A DNA stretch of 39,786 bases from Anaeroplasmataceae bacterium. Lineage in GTDB: Bacteria; Bacillota; Clostridia; Christensenellales; CAG-917. Location of the stretch: assembly GCA_963659595.1 (NCBI GenBank), contig CAVKUX010000002.1, forward strand, positions 1-39,786, read 5' to 3'. The notes under the pieces are model-generated. The model was not told the origin of the DNA, made no database searches, and worked only from the letters and a program-made list of their open reading frames with translations. Position numbers and translations under genes: made by a program. Shown here one piece after another: positions 1 through 8,207 of this stretch. The first letter of the stretch is position 1, and each line of letters opens with the position of its first letter.

Positions 1-142
1 ATAATAATATATTGCATGTACAATTTTTGCGTTATGCGCCTAATTTTTAAAACGACAAGCATACGCCTAAGTGCAATCTAAAAATTTTAGGCTTGAACTC
101 TCATATTATATTTCCTTTCATTTTTTGTATTATAACAGTACA

Positions 143-1040
143 GTTTGACTACCATTTAAAATAACACCATACTCAAACGTGTTCTTTCTGTTACAAGCAT
201 TCTCGCATGTTTGACTACCATTTAAAATAACACCATACTCAAACGGTTTTGCGGAACGGGAAACAACTTGCACCGTTTGACTACCATTTAAAATAACACC
301 ATACTCAAACAGGATTGCTTACTAAATAAAAAAATCAAACGTTTGACTACCATTTAAAATAACACCATACTCAAACAGTTTACGTATGATTATATCACGG
401 TCTTTTGTTTGACTACCATTTAAAATAACACCATACTCAAACAGAGTTCGTATGCAGTTCGCTAATACATTGGTTTGACTACCATTTAAAATAACACCAT
501 ACTCAAACAACAACAGCGCCATACGCTCGTCAAGGTCTGTTTGACTACCATTTAAAATAACACCATACTCAAACACATTTGCATGTGTATGTATATGGCA
601 GCAGAGTTTGACTACCATTTAAAATAACACCATACTCAAACGTTGTTCTCGCTGTCGTTTTTGTCATCCGGGGTTTGACTACCATTTAAAATAACACCAT
701 ACTCAAACGATAACATATTAAACATACTTATTTGGCATTGTTTGACTACCATTTAAAATAACACCATACTCAAACGCCCTTGTTGTCAATCCACGTCTCG
801 CCCGTAGTTTGACTACCATTTAAAATAACACCATACTCAAACCGATCAAATCGGAAACAGCACAGTGCTTTCGTTTGACTACCATTTAAAATAACACCAT
901 ACTCAAACCCACTTCTTTACGATGTCGATACAGCAATCGTTTGACTACCATTTAAAATAACACCATACTCAAACCGGCGTGGTATCGTGCGGCGGTGCTT
1001 TTATGTTTGACTACCATTTAAAATAACACCATACTCAAAC
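143..1040 (-). CRISPR. CRISPR array with 14 identical 36-bp repeats and 13 spacers (nine of 30 nt, four of 31 nt)
   Basis: The plus-strand repeat is GTTTGACTACCATTTAAAATAACACCATACTCAAAC. Copies start at 143, 209, 275, 341, 407, 473, 539, 606, 673, 740, 807, 873, 939 and 1005. Read on the minus strand it is GTTTGAGTATGGTGTTATTTTAAATGGTAGTCAAAC, which has the same layout as the S. pyogenes II-A repeat (GTTTTAGAGCTATGCTGTTTTGAATGGTCCCAAAAC). The array is co-oriented with the adjacent cas operon. Confidence 0.98.
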
Positions 1041-1120
1041 CTCAAATTTGAGCATTTTTGCGCACCGACGCAGAAATCTTAAATGGTAAAGGTGTTGTTT
1101 TTATAGTATCACGATTACGG
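1041..1120 (-). promoter_or_regulatory. CRISPR leader between the csn2 stop and the first (newest) repeat
   Basis: An 80-bp AT-rich spacer lies directly downstream of csn2. On the transcribed strand the leader ends ...AAATTTGAG immediately before the first repeat. A candidate pre-crRNA promoter is TTGCAC (plus-strand GTGCAA, 1126-1131), a 17-nt spacer, then TACTAT (plus-strand ATAGTA, 1103-1108). Confidence 0.6.
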
Positions 1121-1792
1121 CTATTGTGCAACAATCTCGCATAAATCGTTGTCGATGATTAGCATCGGCTCGTTGTTTGCCCTATCGAATTGTCTTCTTT
1201 CCAGCAACAAAACCGAATAAGGTGCATAATTGAAATGTGATACGAGCAGCACATATTCGTCGTTGTCCAGAAATGCTCTTAAATTGACAAGCACAAACAA
1301 TTTTGTCCCTACAAACTGTGCCTGAGCGTCAAGGCAATCGGCGATATTCTCCGCAAAAGATTTTTGATGTTCGACGGGCTTGACTTTCATGATTTTGAGA
1401 AAATCATAAACGGACAAATCGGCATTATACTCGATTTCGACAGGCGATTCAATCGAAAGCGAGTCGCAGAACTCGCTCATACGCCCGATAAGTTCGTAAT
1501 AATTTTGCAAATACTTGTCGTCTACGACAGACTTCATTTGCTCGTACAACCCTGAGATAATTTTCTTATCGCAGAGCGATAATCCGAAAAAATCAAACAC
1601 AATGCAGCCGTTTTTCTTAAAAGAAAACGCCTTGTCGCCGTCGTCGATGATAAAACGCCCATCCTCACCGTTTTGTTGCGCAACGAAATCTTTGCAATAC
1701 TGAACGAATTTGTTTGCGTTCTCTACGATGAGCACCCCTACACCGTTGCCGATATCAAACGGTTTTGAGAAATCGTAATGACATATTTTCAT
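1121..1792 (-). CDS. csn2: Csn2, the type II-A adaptation protein
   Basis: 223 aa. It occupies the last position of the cas9-cas1-cas2 operon. Blocks [36 protein letters not shown] and IIDNDLCEI are collinear with S. pyogenes Csn2 (LVLEDVCVFSKIVQYC, LLIFINSGAFLTKDE, VLFLEPRE, ILDEDYFLI). Its start overlaps the cas2 stop as ATGA. Confidence 0.85.
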   Translation of the reverse strand: MKICHYDFSKPFDIGNGVGVLIVENANKFVQYCKDFVAQQNGEDGRFIIDDGDKAFSFKKNGCIVFDFFGLSLCDKKIISGLYEQMKSVVDDKYLQNYYELIGRMSEFCDSLSIESPVEIEYNADLSVYDFLKIMKVKPVEHQKSFAENIADCLDAQAQFVGTKLFVLVNLRAFLDNDEYVLLVSHFNYAPYSVLLLERRQFDRANNEPMLIIDNDLCEIVAQ

Positions 1793-2109
1793 AAAACCAC
1801 CAACCTGTTGTCGTTGTCGATGACATTGCTTTTTACTTCACCGACAATAAGTTCCATCCTTTCAAACTGTTTTTCGGTTACGGTCAACATTTGCACGAGT
1901 CCGTGTTTTGCGCAATGTTTTCTCACGTTTTCTTTTACCGATTCTCCGACCGTATTGTTAAGCACAATCTTGCTATACACTGATTCCTGCATCATAACAA
2001 AACCGCTTTTAACCAAGAAATTGTGAAATGCTCGATACTCCGCCCTATCTTTCGAGGTTTCGACCGGCAAATCGAAAAACACAAGTATTCTCATAAATCT
2101 ATAACTCAT
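1789..2109 (-). CDS. cas2: Cas2
   Basis: The start was moved to [18 protein letters not shown] (ATG at 2109), which matches the II-A Cas2 N-terminus [25 protein letters not shown] is also conserved. The gene overlaps the cas1 3' end by 11 nt. Confidence 0.9.
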   Translation of the reverse strand: MSYRFMRILVFFDLPVETSKDRAEYRAFHNFLVKSGFVMMQESVYSKIVLNNTVGESVKENVRKHCAKHGLVQMLTVTEKQFERMELIVGEVKSNVIDNDNRLVVL

Positions 2110-2965
2110 AAAAACATATTTTCGACAAATCTTTTGTACTGAGCGCGGAAAAAACACTTTTGCAATAAATTCCTATTGCATCCGAAACAGTGTATTCCTT
2201 GCCCGCAAGCCTAATCTTTTGATTCATAATGTTTTGCAATTGCCTTTTTACGTTTGTATCTAATTCTTCACCTGCCATTTGGAAAACCATTCTGTCAATC
2301 AGCACTCTGAACGGTTCCATCAAATCGCACGCAAAGTTGAACGGATTGAATTCGTTGCGATGGAATAAGCCTATTTGCGTACTATATCCGTCGGCGACGA
2401 TCGCGCGGTTAAACGCCGACAAAACAATTGAATATCCGTAATCTAACGCACTGTTTATAAAACTTTGCTTATTCCTTGAGAAAGACAAACCGAACAAGGC
2501 GTTGAAGTATACTTTTGCCGAATGGCCTTCTCGATTCGTGGCGTCGCAGCGTTGAAGTTGTTCGATATACGACATCAACAGATTTGCTTTATCCGACCCG
2601 ACATCTTTTAAATGCTTGGCTTGTTGGTATATTTTGTTCGCGACGATTTCCGTCCACACGTCTGCTCGTATCGCAGTATCCCACTCTATCTGCATTTTCA
2701 ACTTTTTGCTTGCGTCGTGGCTTCCCCTTAACGGTAAAAGTTGCGAGTGCGGATTGTGTTGTTCGTCGCAAAACACCACGTTTATTTTGTTTTTGATAAG
2801 TTCGCAAACGAGTGCGGACGTAAGCGAAACAGCCGTCGACTCGATAATCAACGTGGATATTTCCGAAATATGTACTTTTTGAGTTTGTTCGTTTCTACAC
2901 ACGAGATAACCCATTTTGTATTCGAGTTTACTGTGTGTAGAAACGACCACCGTGCGCCAACTCAT
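2099..2965 (-). CDS. cas1: Cas1 (type II)
   Basis: 288 aa. The N-terminus [17 protein letters not shown] matches the II-A Cas1 N-terminus (MAGWRTVVVNTHSKLSYK). The start overlaps the cas9 stop as ATGA. Confidence 0.95.
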   Translation of the reverse strand: MSWRTVVVSTHSKLEYKMGYLVCRNEQTQKVHISEISTLIIESTAVSLTSALVCELIKNKINVVFCDEQHNPHSQLLPLRGSHDASKKLKMQIEWDTAIRADVWTEIVANKIYQQAKHLKDVGSDKANLLMSYIEQLQRCDATNREGHSAKVYFNALFGLSFSRNKQSFINSALDYGYSIVLSAFNRAIVADGYSTQIGLFHRNEFNPFNFACDLMEPFRVLIDRMVFQMAGEELDTNVKRQLQNIMNQKIRLAGKEYTVSDAIGIYCKSVFSALSTKDLSKICFYEL

Positions 2966-5900
2966 TGTCGATAATATGCCGTTAGATTCACGATATTCTT
3001 ATAATATCCCGTCGGCGATTGCGTAATAAGCAAACACTCGCCGATTTCCGGCAACTTTTTGTTGCAGGTCAGTACGCCGGCTCTTGATCCGCCGCCTATC
3101 AGCGTAAGGTTTGAAGATGTACTGTTGCATTGCATTAGATGCAAAATTTCCAACAGCAACGTGCACTGATTTTCAACCGACAATTCGCAGAATACATCCC
3201 GTTTCTCATTGAGGAACTCGGCTTGTTTTTGCAGTGCGGAAAAGTTAATATAAGGATGAGACGTCAGTTTGTCTAAAAGTGCATTATATAGCGTTAGATT
3301 GCCAGTTTTGCTTATCTTGTCGTAGGTTTCGTCCACTTTTGCGTCTTTGTTGTTTTTCCTCTTTTCGTTGTACGACACGATACGTTTGACGTACGCCGTC
3401 ATCTCGGAATCCAAAACCATTTGATTTGCGTTGCAAATCGTCAACGAATCGTTCGTTTTTCCCCTCAACCAAACATACGCTCCGTTGAGTTTCAACAAAG
3501 AATTGATTTTGATTTTCTCTATCAATATTTGGGGTTGTTCTATCCCGACAGTGTTTTTCAAATAGTCGAACACCTTATCCTTTCCGAGCAAATCTATATA
3601 AACGGGAATTGCTTCGATAGACAATTGCACTTTGCCTTTCTTTCCGACGCTCCGCACGAGCGAGAAGTATGCGGTTGTGGCGTTGTCGTATCCGCCGTAG
3701 TCGGCGGTATTTTCGAGCGGGCAATTCCGTTTAAGCGGAATCAGTTTGTCGTTTGCGCCTTTTGTTTTTACGGTTGCGTCAAACAGTTTGCCTTCCCCTT
3801 CCGACGTAAAACGAACCACTTTGCATATATTTCTGCTGGCAACGGACACGACTTTTTGCTTGTAGGACAGATCCCACGCATTCTTGATATTCTCTTCAAA
3901 CAAACGGTTCATATTGTAACTGTCCGCATTGTTGTTTTTTAAGAAAATAGCGGCGTCGCGATTGAATTTCGTATAGTACACGTTTCCGACAACAATGTTC
4001 AAATAAGCGTCTTTCGCGTGATGTAGATCGTTGATTTCTCTGACTTTGACGAGTACGGGGCGATTTTTGTTTATTCTGTTCTTGAAATCGACCACGTTTC
4101 TTGCCTTCGAATACACAACGTCGGCATTCGGGTACATTTGTTTCAGTATTTTAGCAATCTCCTTTGTGCTTTGCCGTGTTTCGACAAGTTGACGATTGAT
4201 AAAATCCGCAAGTTCATCTCCGTTGAGCGGCGTGGATCTCGTCAATCTCTTGAACTTTTCGTCGCTTATGAACTTTTTGTTGTGCCAAACCGTCCAAATC
4301 GGCAACATTTTCTCGCGTATTTCATGCGCAATTGGATAGCCGTCGCCTTTTGCCGCGTTTGCCGTTTTGTAGCACAACACCTTGTTGTTTATTATGCTAT
4401 CGTCCTTAATCTTCGATTGCGGATATATGTGGTCAATATCGCAAACGTTTGTGTTGAACACTTCTTCGATGCTTATAGGTCTGCCCGTATATGCGCATCT
4501 GCCCATTTGGATATAATACAAATACAGTTTATCGCTGAGCAATTTTGTGTCCTCTACGTTCTCCAACTTGTCGATAAACTCTTGCGTTACCCATTGCAAA
4601 ACGTCTGATTTGCACGCCTTATACAATTCGAGCAACTGCTCTTTTCTCGACTTAGTACGCGCGCCCTTTTTGCTCTTGTCCTCGCCTCTTGCCATCTCGA
4701 TGAAAATTCGGGAAGGTGCGCAACGTTGCACCTTTTCGATTTCTCTTGCAAGACACACCGTACGCCAAATCGCGCGCTTGACCGACGGCGAGCAATACAA
4801 ATCCTCTATCGTTTTGTAAGTGACCTTTTTGTCACCCGCGTATTGGTCGTTGAACTTGTTTACGGAAGATTCAAACCCGAACTTCGAGGACATCAATTCC
4901 ATCAAATTGCAACTCGTTTCGCGCATCGCTTGAATAATCGTCAGTATTTCGCCGTTTTCGTCGACGGTCGTTATCTCGCTTCCGTCCAAAAACTCTTTTG
5001 ACAATCTTCCCCAACCGCTGCAATTCAAGCCTTTCAACTGCTTCGTCGTCGCTTCGTCAAACTTAAACGCGCGTTTTGCACGCTCGGCGGCGTCCGACTT
5101 GTTCCCCATTACCGTGAACCATCTTACGATTGTTTCGCATTGCTCTCGATTGAAATTATCGCCGAACAACCGCTTGAAAAATCTCAACGTGGAAAAACCG
5201 CTCTTGATTTCGCCGTCGATTCCCGCAAAATTCTCTTTTGCCTTTTCGCTTTGTTCTATAAGCCCCGCCTTTGCCAGCACGTCCGCGATAACTTTCAACG
5301 TTATCTTTCTGTTGTTGTTTTTGGCATATTCGACGATAACATCTCTTGCCTGCTTGTCGAGTCTGCGCCCTTTGAACGTAACGTTGTTGAGTTCGTTCAA
5401 GAATGTAAATTCGCTGTATAAAAGCGACTGCTTGGGAAGCACGTCCTCGCCGACGAGATAGGTACATTTGCTCGTCATTCGCTTGATAAATTCGTCTTCT
5501 GACGCTTGTTTATCGACGACTTTATCGAAATTCCAAGGCGTAATTTTGACGTTTTCCGCGCCGTCGTATTTTTTTACCCACGCAAAACCTTTATCCATAT
5601 GCGCAGTGTTGAGAGGTCCGACGTAATATGGTATTCTGAACGTCAAAAGCGAGCATATCTTTTCTTTTAGGCTAATACCATCGCTTATGTCGTTTAAGAA
5701 CGGAAAATTGTCGCTTGCGTTGTCAAGGATTCGTTCCAACTCTGCAAGTTGAACTTGATATGGTATGACCCCGTTTGCATTTGAGCGTTGTTTTTGAAGG
5801 AACGAGCCTTCGTCCATACGTTTCAGAATTTCCTCGTCCGTAACGAACGACCTCAAATATTTGTAGAACTCGTCTTTTGAGACGTGACAAAACGAGCGAT

Positions 5901-7155
5901 TCCTATCCTTGCCGATGTATGCGGCGTAGTTATTTTGCGGTTTTTGGTTAAAGATATCGTTGTATTTTTCTTTGCCAAAACGTTCTATGACGTACGCTTT
6001 GAGCGAATTCAAAGCTTCGTTATACTCATCGTATTTGGCGCACGTTACTCGCGACAAATACTCATTATCACCTAAAAGTTTAGACAATGCATCCCAGTTG
6101 ATTTTCGGTTTTCGGCTAAATACCTCATCATATTTTTCTTTGCCGAAATTCCCTTTTACATATGCTTTGAGCAATTCCAAATCGGCGGCGTGCGCGTCGT
6201 ATATTTCGCACATCGCTTCGGACAAATATTTGTGATTTTTCAATATCTGCGACAAAACTGCCCAGTCATAAATTGCTTTTGCCTCGCAAATCAACGCATA
6301 TTCGTCCTCGCCGAAAGCGTCTTTCAACTTTTCTGTTTCAAAGCCTGCGTCGTCGAAACAGAAATTCTTTATTTGCGGTTCTTCTTCGCCGAACAAATTT
6401 TTGACATTAACCTGCAATCCGACTATCGATTTTATTATCGCGTTGCAAGTTTTATCGTTTTCGGTATCGAGCAACAGTTTAAGTCTCCTTTCTTTGTCGC
6501 TTTTGGTTAATTTGCCGTTGCATAACACTTTCAACGCCTCGTCGACGTTTGCAAGCGACAACGTCTTTGCATTTTCGTCGATATTTGTCAATATCTCGTT
6601 TATATCGGAAAACGCAACAAGAACCACGTCTTTATTCCCGACGCTGAATTGTTGCCCTTCAAATAGGAAATGTCCTCTGTTTTTGATAATATGCGCGACG
6701 GCAAGATACAAAAGGCGTACGTCTTTTATCTCTTTCACTCTTTGCGCATCCAAAAACGCCGCTCTCAAATGATAGATCGTCGGATATTTTTTGAAATATT
6801 CTTTATCGCCGAACGCCTCGTCGTGGAACAAGCAATCCCGGTATGCAACGTTATCGTTTTTATCATTGACGTTATATTTGCTGTTGTTCAGTCTCTCGAA
6901 AAAGCAAAAATCCGTCTTTGCGATCTCTTGCGCAAACAATTCTTGCAATAGTTTGATTCTTTGACGTCGGCGCGCGGTACGTCTGCGAGAAGTCCTGTTT
7001 GCACGCCGTGTTTCGGAAGTTTTCGCTTCGTCGAAAAGATACACACCCCAGAAATCTTGACCGCGAGTTTTCAATAAATTATATTCGGCATCCGTAGTTG
7101 CCCAACCTATCGAGTCTGTGCCTATATCGAAGCCGATATAATATTTTTTGTCCAT
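2962..7155 (-). CDS. cas9: Cas9 (type II-A, SpCas9-like, 1397 aa)
   Basis: RuvC-I is MDKKYYIGFDIGTDSIGWA. An Arg-rich bridge helix is RRANRTSRRRTARRRQRIKLL. TFRIPYYVGPL is present. HNH is DIDHIYPQSKIKDDSIINNKVL and RuvC-III is NDLHHAKDAYLN. The start was set at ATG 7155 (MDKKYY) because AAGGAG (plus-strand CTCCTT, 7166-7171) lies 10 nt upstream of it. The longer ORF-track start at 7176 would place that RBS inside the coding region. Confidence 0.97.
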   Translation of the reverse strand: MDKKYYIGFDIGTDSIGWATTDAEYNLLKTRGQDFWGVYLFDEAKTSETRRANRTSRRRTARRRQRIKLLQELFAQEIAKTDFCFFERLNNSKYNVNDKNDNVAYRDCLFHDEAFGDKEYFKKYPTIYHLRAAFLDAQRVKEIKDVRLLYLAVAHIIKNRGHFLFEGQQFSVGNKDVVLVAFSDINEILTNIDENAKTLSLANVDEALKVLCNGKLTKSDKERRLKLLLDTENDKTCNAIIKSIVGLQVNVKNLFGEEEPQIKNFCFDDAGFETEKLKDAFGEDEYALICEAKAIYDWAVLSQILKNHKYLSEAMCEIYDAHAADLELLKAYVKGNFGKEKYDEVFSRKPKINWDALSKLLGDNEYLSRVTCAKYDEYNEALNSLKAYVIERFGKEKYNDIFNQKPQNNYAAYIGKDRNRSFCHVSKDEFYKYLRSFVTDEEILKRMDEGSFLQKQRSNANGVIPYQVQLAELERILDNASDNFPFLNDISDGISLKEKICSLLTFRIPYYVGPLNTAHMDKGFAWVKKYDGAENVKITPWNFDKVVDKQASEDEFIKRMTSKCTYLVGEDVLPKQSLLYSEFTFLNELNNVTFKGRRLDKQARDVIVEYAKNNNRKITLKVIADVLAKAGLIEQSEKAKENFAGIDGEIKSGFSTLRFFKRLFGDNFNREQCETIVRWFTVMGNKSDAAERAKRAFKFDEATTKQLKGLNCSGWGRLSKEFLDGSEITTVDENGEILTIIQAMRETSCNLMELMSSKFGFESSVNKFNDQYAGDKKVTYKTIEDLYCSPSVKRAIWRTVCLAREIEKVQRCAPSRIFIEMARGEDKSKKGARTKSRKEQLLELYKACKSDVLQWVTQEFIDKLENVEDTKLLSDKLYLYYIQMGRCAYTGRPISIEEVFNTNVCDIDHIYPQSKIKDDSIINNKVLCYKTANAAKGDGYPIAHEIREKMLPIWTVWHNKKFISDEKFKRLTRSTPLNGDELADFINRQLVETRQSTKEIAKILKQMYPNADVVYSKARNVVDFKNRINKNRPVLVKVREINDLHHAKDAYLNIVVGNVYYTKFNRDAAIFLKNNNADSYNMNRLFEENIKNAWDLSYKQKVVSVASRNICKVVRFTSEGEGKLFDATVKTKGANDKLIPLKRNCPLENTADYGGYDNATTAYFSLVRSVGKKGKVQLSIEAIPVYIDLLGKDKVFDYLKNTVGIEQPQILIEKIKINSLLKLNGAYVWLRGKTNDSLTICNANQMVLDSEMTAYVKRIVSYNEKRKNNKDAKVDETYDKISKTGNLTLYNALLDKLTSHPYINFSALQKQAEFLNEKRDVFCELSVENQCTLLLEILHLMQCNSTSSNLTLIGGGSRAGVLTCNKKLPEIGECLLITQSPTGYYKNIVNLTAYYRQ

Positions 7156-7158
7156 ATC

Positions 7159-7186
7159 TTGACATCTCCTTATCATGTGTTATAAT
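7159..7186 (+). promoter_or_regulatory. Near-consensus sigma-70 promoter for tracrRNA
   Basis: TTGACA (7159-7164), a 16-nt spacer, then TATAAT (7181-7186). It reads away from cas9. The -35 box sits between the cas9 RBS and the cas9 ATG on the opposite strand. Confidence 0.7.
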
Positions 7187-7192
7187 AGCTTT

Positions 7193-7314
7193 AATCAAAT
7201 GATTGACTACCATTTGAATAACACCATTAGTTCAAATAAAATTTTTTCAAATCGCCGATTGTTCGGTTCGCACGTTGTGCGAAACTCCAAACTCGCTTTG
7301 CGAGTTTTTTGTTT
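7193..7314 (+). ncRNA. tracrRNA (ends are approximate)
   Basis: The anti-repeat at 7201-7237 is GATTGACTACCATTTGAATAACACCATTAGTTCAAAT. It is collinear with the plus-strand repeat and therefore complementary to a minus-strand crRNA. The only differences are a 1-nt deletion and a TAG versus GU asymmetric bulge, located where the SpCas9 guide duplex has its bulge. AGTTCAAATAAAAT parallels the Sp AAGTTAAAATAAGG junction. Downstream hairpins are CCGA-TTGT-TCGG (7255-7266), TTCGCAC-GTT-GTGCGAA (7267-7283), and the terminator AAACTCGC-TTT-GCGAGTTT followed by a T-run (7289-7314). Confidence 0.85.
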
Positions 7315-7764
7315 GATTTGGATATATTCTTCGATTGGCAATGGCCCAATCCAACCGCGTTTGCAAATTTTCATTTGCAAAATGTATGCCCTATTCTATG
7401 CTCGTTCACCTCGATTATAAAGACTTCTATGCGACAAAAATGTCGCATAGCAAGCAACTACCCAACTTTTTTTGCAAGATTCGCGACTTTCTCGGCATCG
7501 CCTATACTAAATTTCTACGCTTTGCCCCTAATAAAAACGCAAAGTTCATTTCTTGCGCCGATTTTTCTCTTCGTTTGCAACGTCGTTTAAGGCAAAATTA
7601 TCATCCGTTCAAAGTGCTTGTACGTTTCTCTGTTTGTCAAGGCAGAGATTCGCAATGCAGAGCAATTCAAAATCGCCAATTATTGTCTCCCGTCTTTTAA
7701 TATGTAAATTATACCACCGACGGCATTAATATTCAAGAATGCGTTTTGTGATAATTCATATATA

Positions 7765-7866
7765 AATTGATTTCATCAATTGATTTATCTATCTTGCTAA
7801 TTGACTTGCAAATTGACTTTATACATCAATTTAATCGACTTATTTGTCAAATTAATTGACTTATTT
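7765..7866. repeat. Cluster of six AAT(T/C)GA(C/T)TT motifs (iteron- or operator-like)
   Basis: Copies start at 7765, 7778, 7799, 7811, 7833 and 7854, giving spacings of 13, 21, 12, 22 and 21 bp. The first two form a perfect palindrome, AATTGAT-TTC-ATCAATT (7765-7781). The last two extend to (T/C)GACTTATTT. GTCAA-ATTAA-TTGAC lies at 7846-7860. Confidence 0.75.
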
Positions 7867-7939
7867 ATAAAAAAGGTTCAAGCGACGATATCGATAAACC
7901 TTGCGCTTATCATGCTTAGGCGACATATTAAATCACACA

Positions 7940-8078
7940 ATATGTCATAATGGCACTTATATTTTTACATTTATATGTGTTTTTGGCAATATTATCTTAG
8001 AATTATATGTTATTTTGACAATCGAACTCATAAGATATATGCCATACTGACTGTTATATTCATTGTATATCTCTGCCA
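7940..8078. repeat. Degenerate 32-33 bp phased repeat: four clear units and one weaker
   Basis: The motif ATATG(T/C)-N5-TG(G/A)C(A/T) starts at 7940, 7973, 8005 and 8037, at intervals of 33, 32 and 32 bp. The units at 7971-7990 and 8003-8022 match at 17 of 20 positions. A weaker fifth unit (ATATCT..TGCCA) lies at 8067-8078. Confidence 0.65.
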
Positions 8079-8157
8079 TTACTATATAAATTTAGAAATC
8101 GCCGAGAATTATGACATTTTGCAAATTTCAAGACTCGCAAACGCAACGCTGAGTTGC

Positions 8158-8186
8158 GTGACAGATTTCGGAATGCGATATATAAT
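8158..8186 (+). promoter_or_regulatory. Candidate promoter of the XRE/acidic-protein operon
   Basis: GTGACA (8158-8163), a 17-nt spacer, then TATAAT (8181-8186), 22 nt upstream of the ATG at 8208. The hairpin ACGCAAC-GCTGA-GTTGCGT (8141-8159) overlaps the -35 box. Confidence 0.5.
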
Positions 8187-8207
8187 GCAATCGTAAGGAG
8201 GCGCGAA

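Noticed and set aside
322-618. A 98-aa minus-strand ORF with the internally repeated peptide FEYGVILNGSQT.
   Set aside because: It is a read-through translation of the CRISPR repeats. The period equals the repeat-spacer unit, so it is not a gene.
1079-1105. A leader segment, TTAAATGGTAAAGGTGTTGTTTTTA, that contains repeat-like words (TAAATGGTA, GGTGTT). It was considered as a possible second anti-repeat or a degenerate repeat.
   Set aside because: The two words are in swapped order relative to the repeat on either strand, so no contiguous pairing with crRNA or tracrRNA is possible. The convincing anti-repeat is at 7201-7237.
7156-7176. The longer cas9 start (MIRRCQDMDKKYY...) given by the ORF track.
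   Set aside because: The AAGGAG Shine-Dalgarno lies downstream of that ATG and 10 nt upstream of the ATG at 7155. MDKKYYIGFDIGT also matches the canonical Cas9 N-terminus.
7636-7695. GTTTGTCAAGG...AATTCAAAATCGCCAATTATTG resembles parts of the tracrRNA (GATTGAC..., AGTTCAAAT, CAAATCGCCGATTGTT). It was considered as a possible decayed second tracrRNA.
   Set aside because: Only short words match (5-11 nt), the middle of the anti-repeat is absent, and no terminator follows. This cannot be distinguished from chance without an alignment tool.
7335-8196. Plus-strand ORFs 7335..7700 (121 aa) and 7975..8196 (73 aa) in the long intergenic region.
   Set aside because: Neither has a Shine-Dalgarno. Their composition is dominated by AT-rich codons (F, L, I, K, Y, C), and they overlap the repeated DNA motifs. 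They are more likely non-coding.
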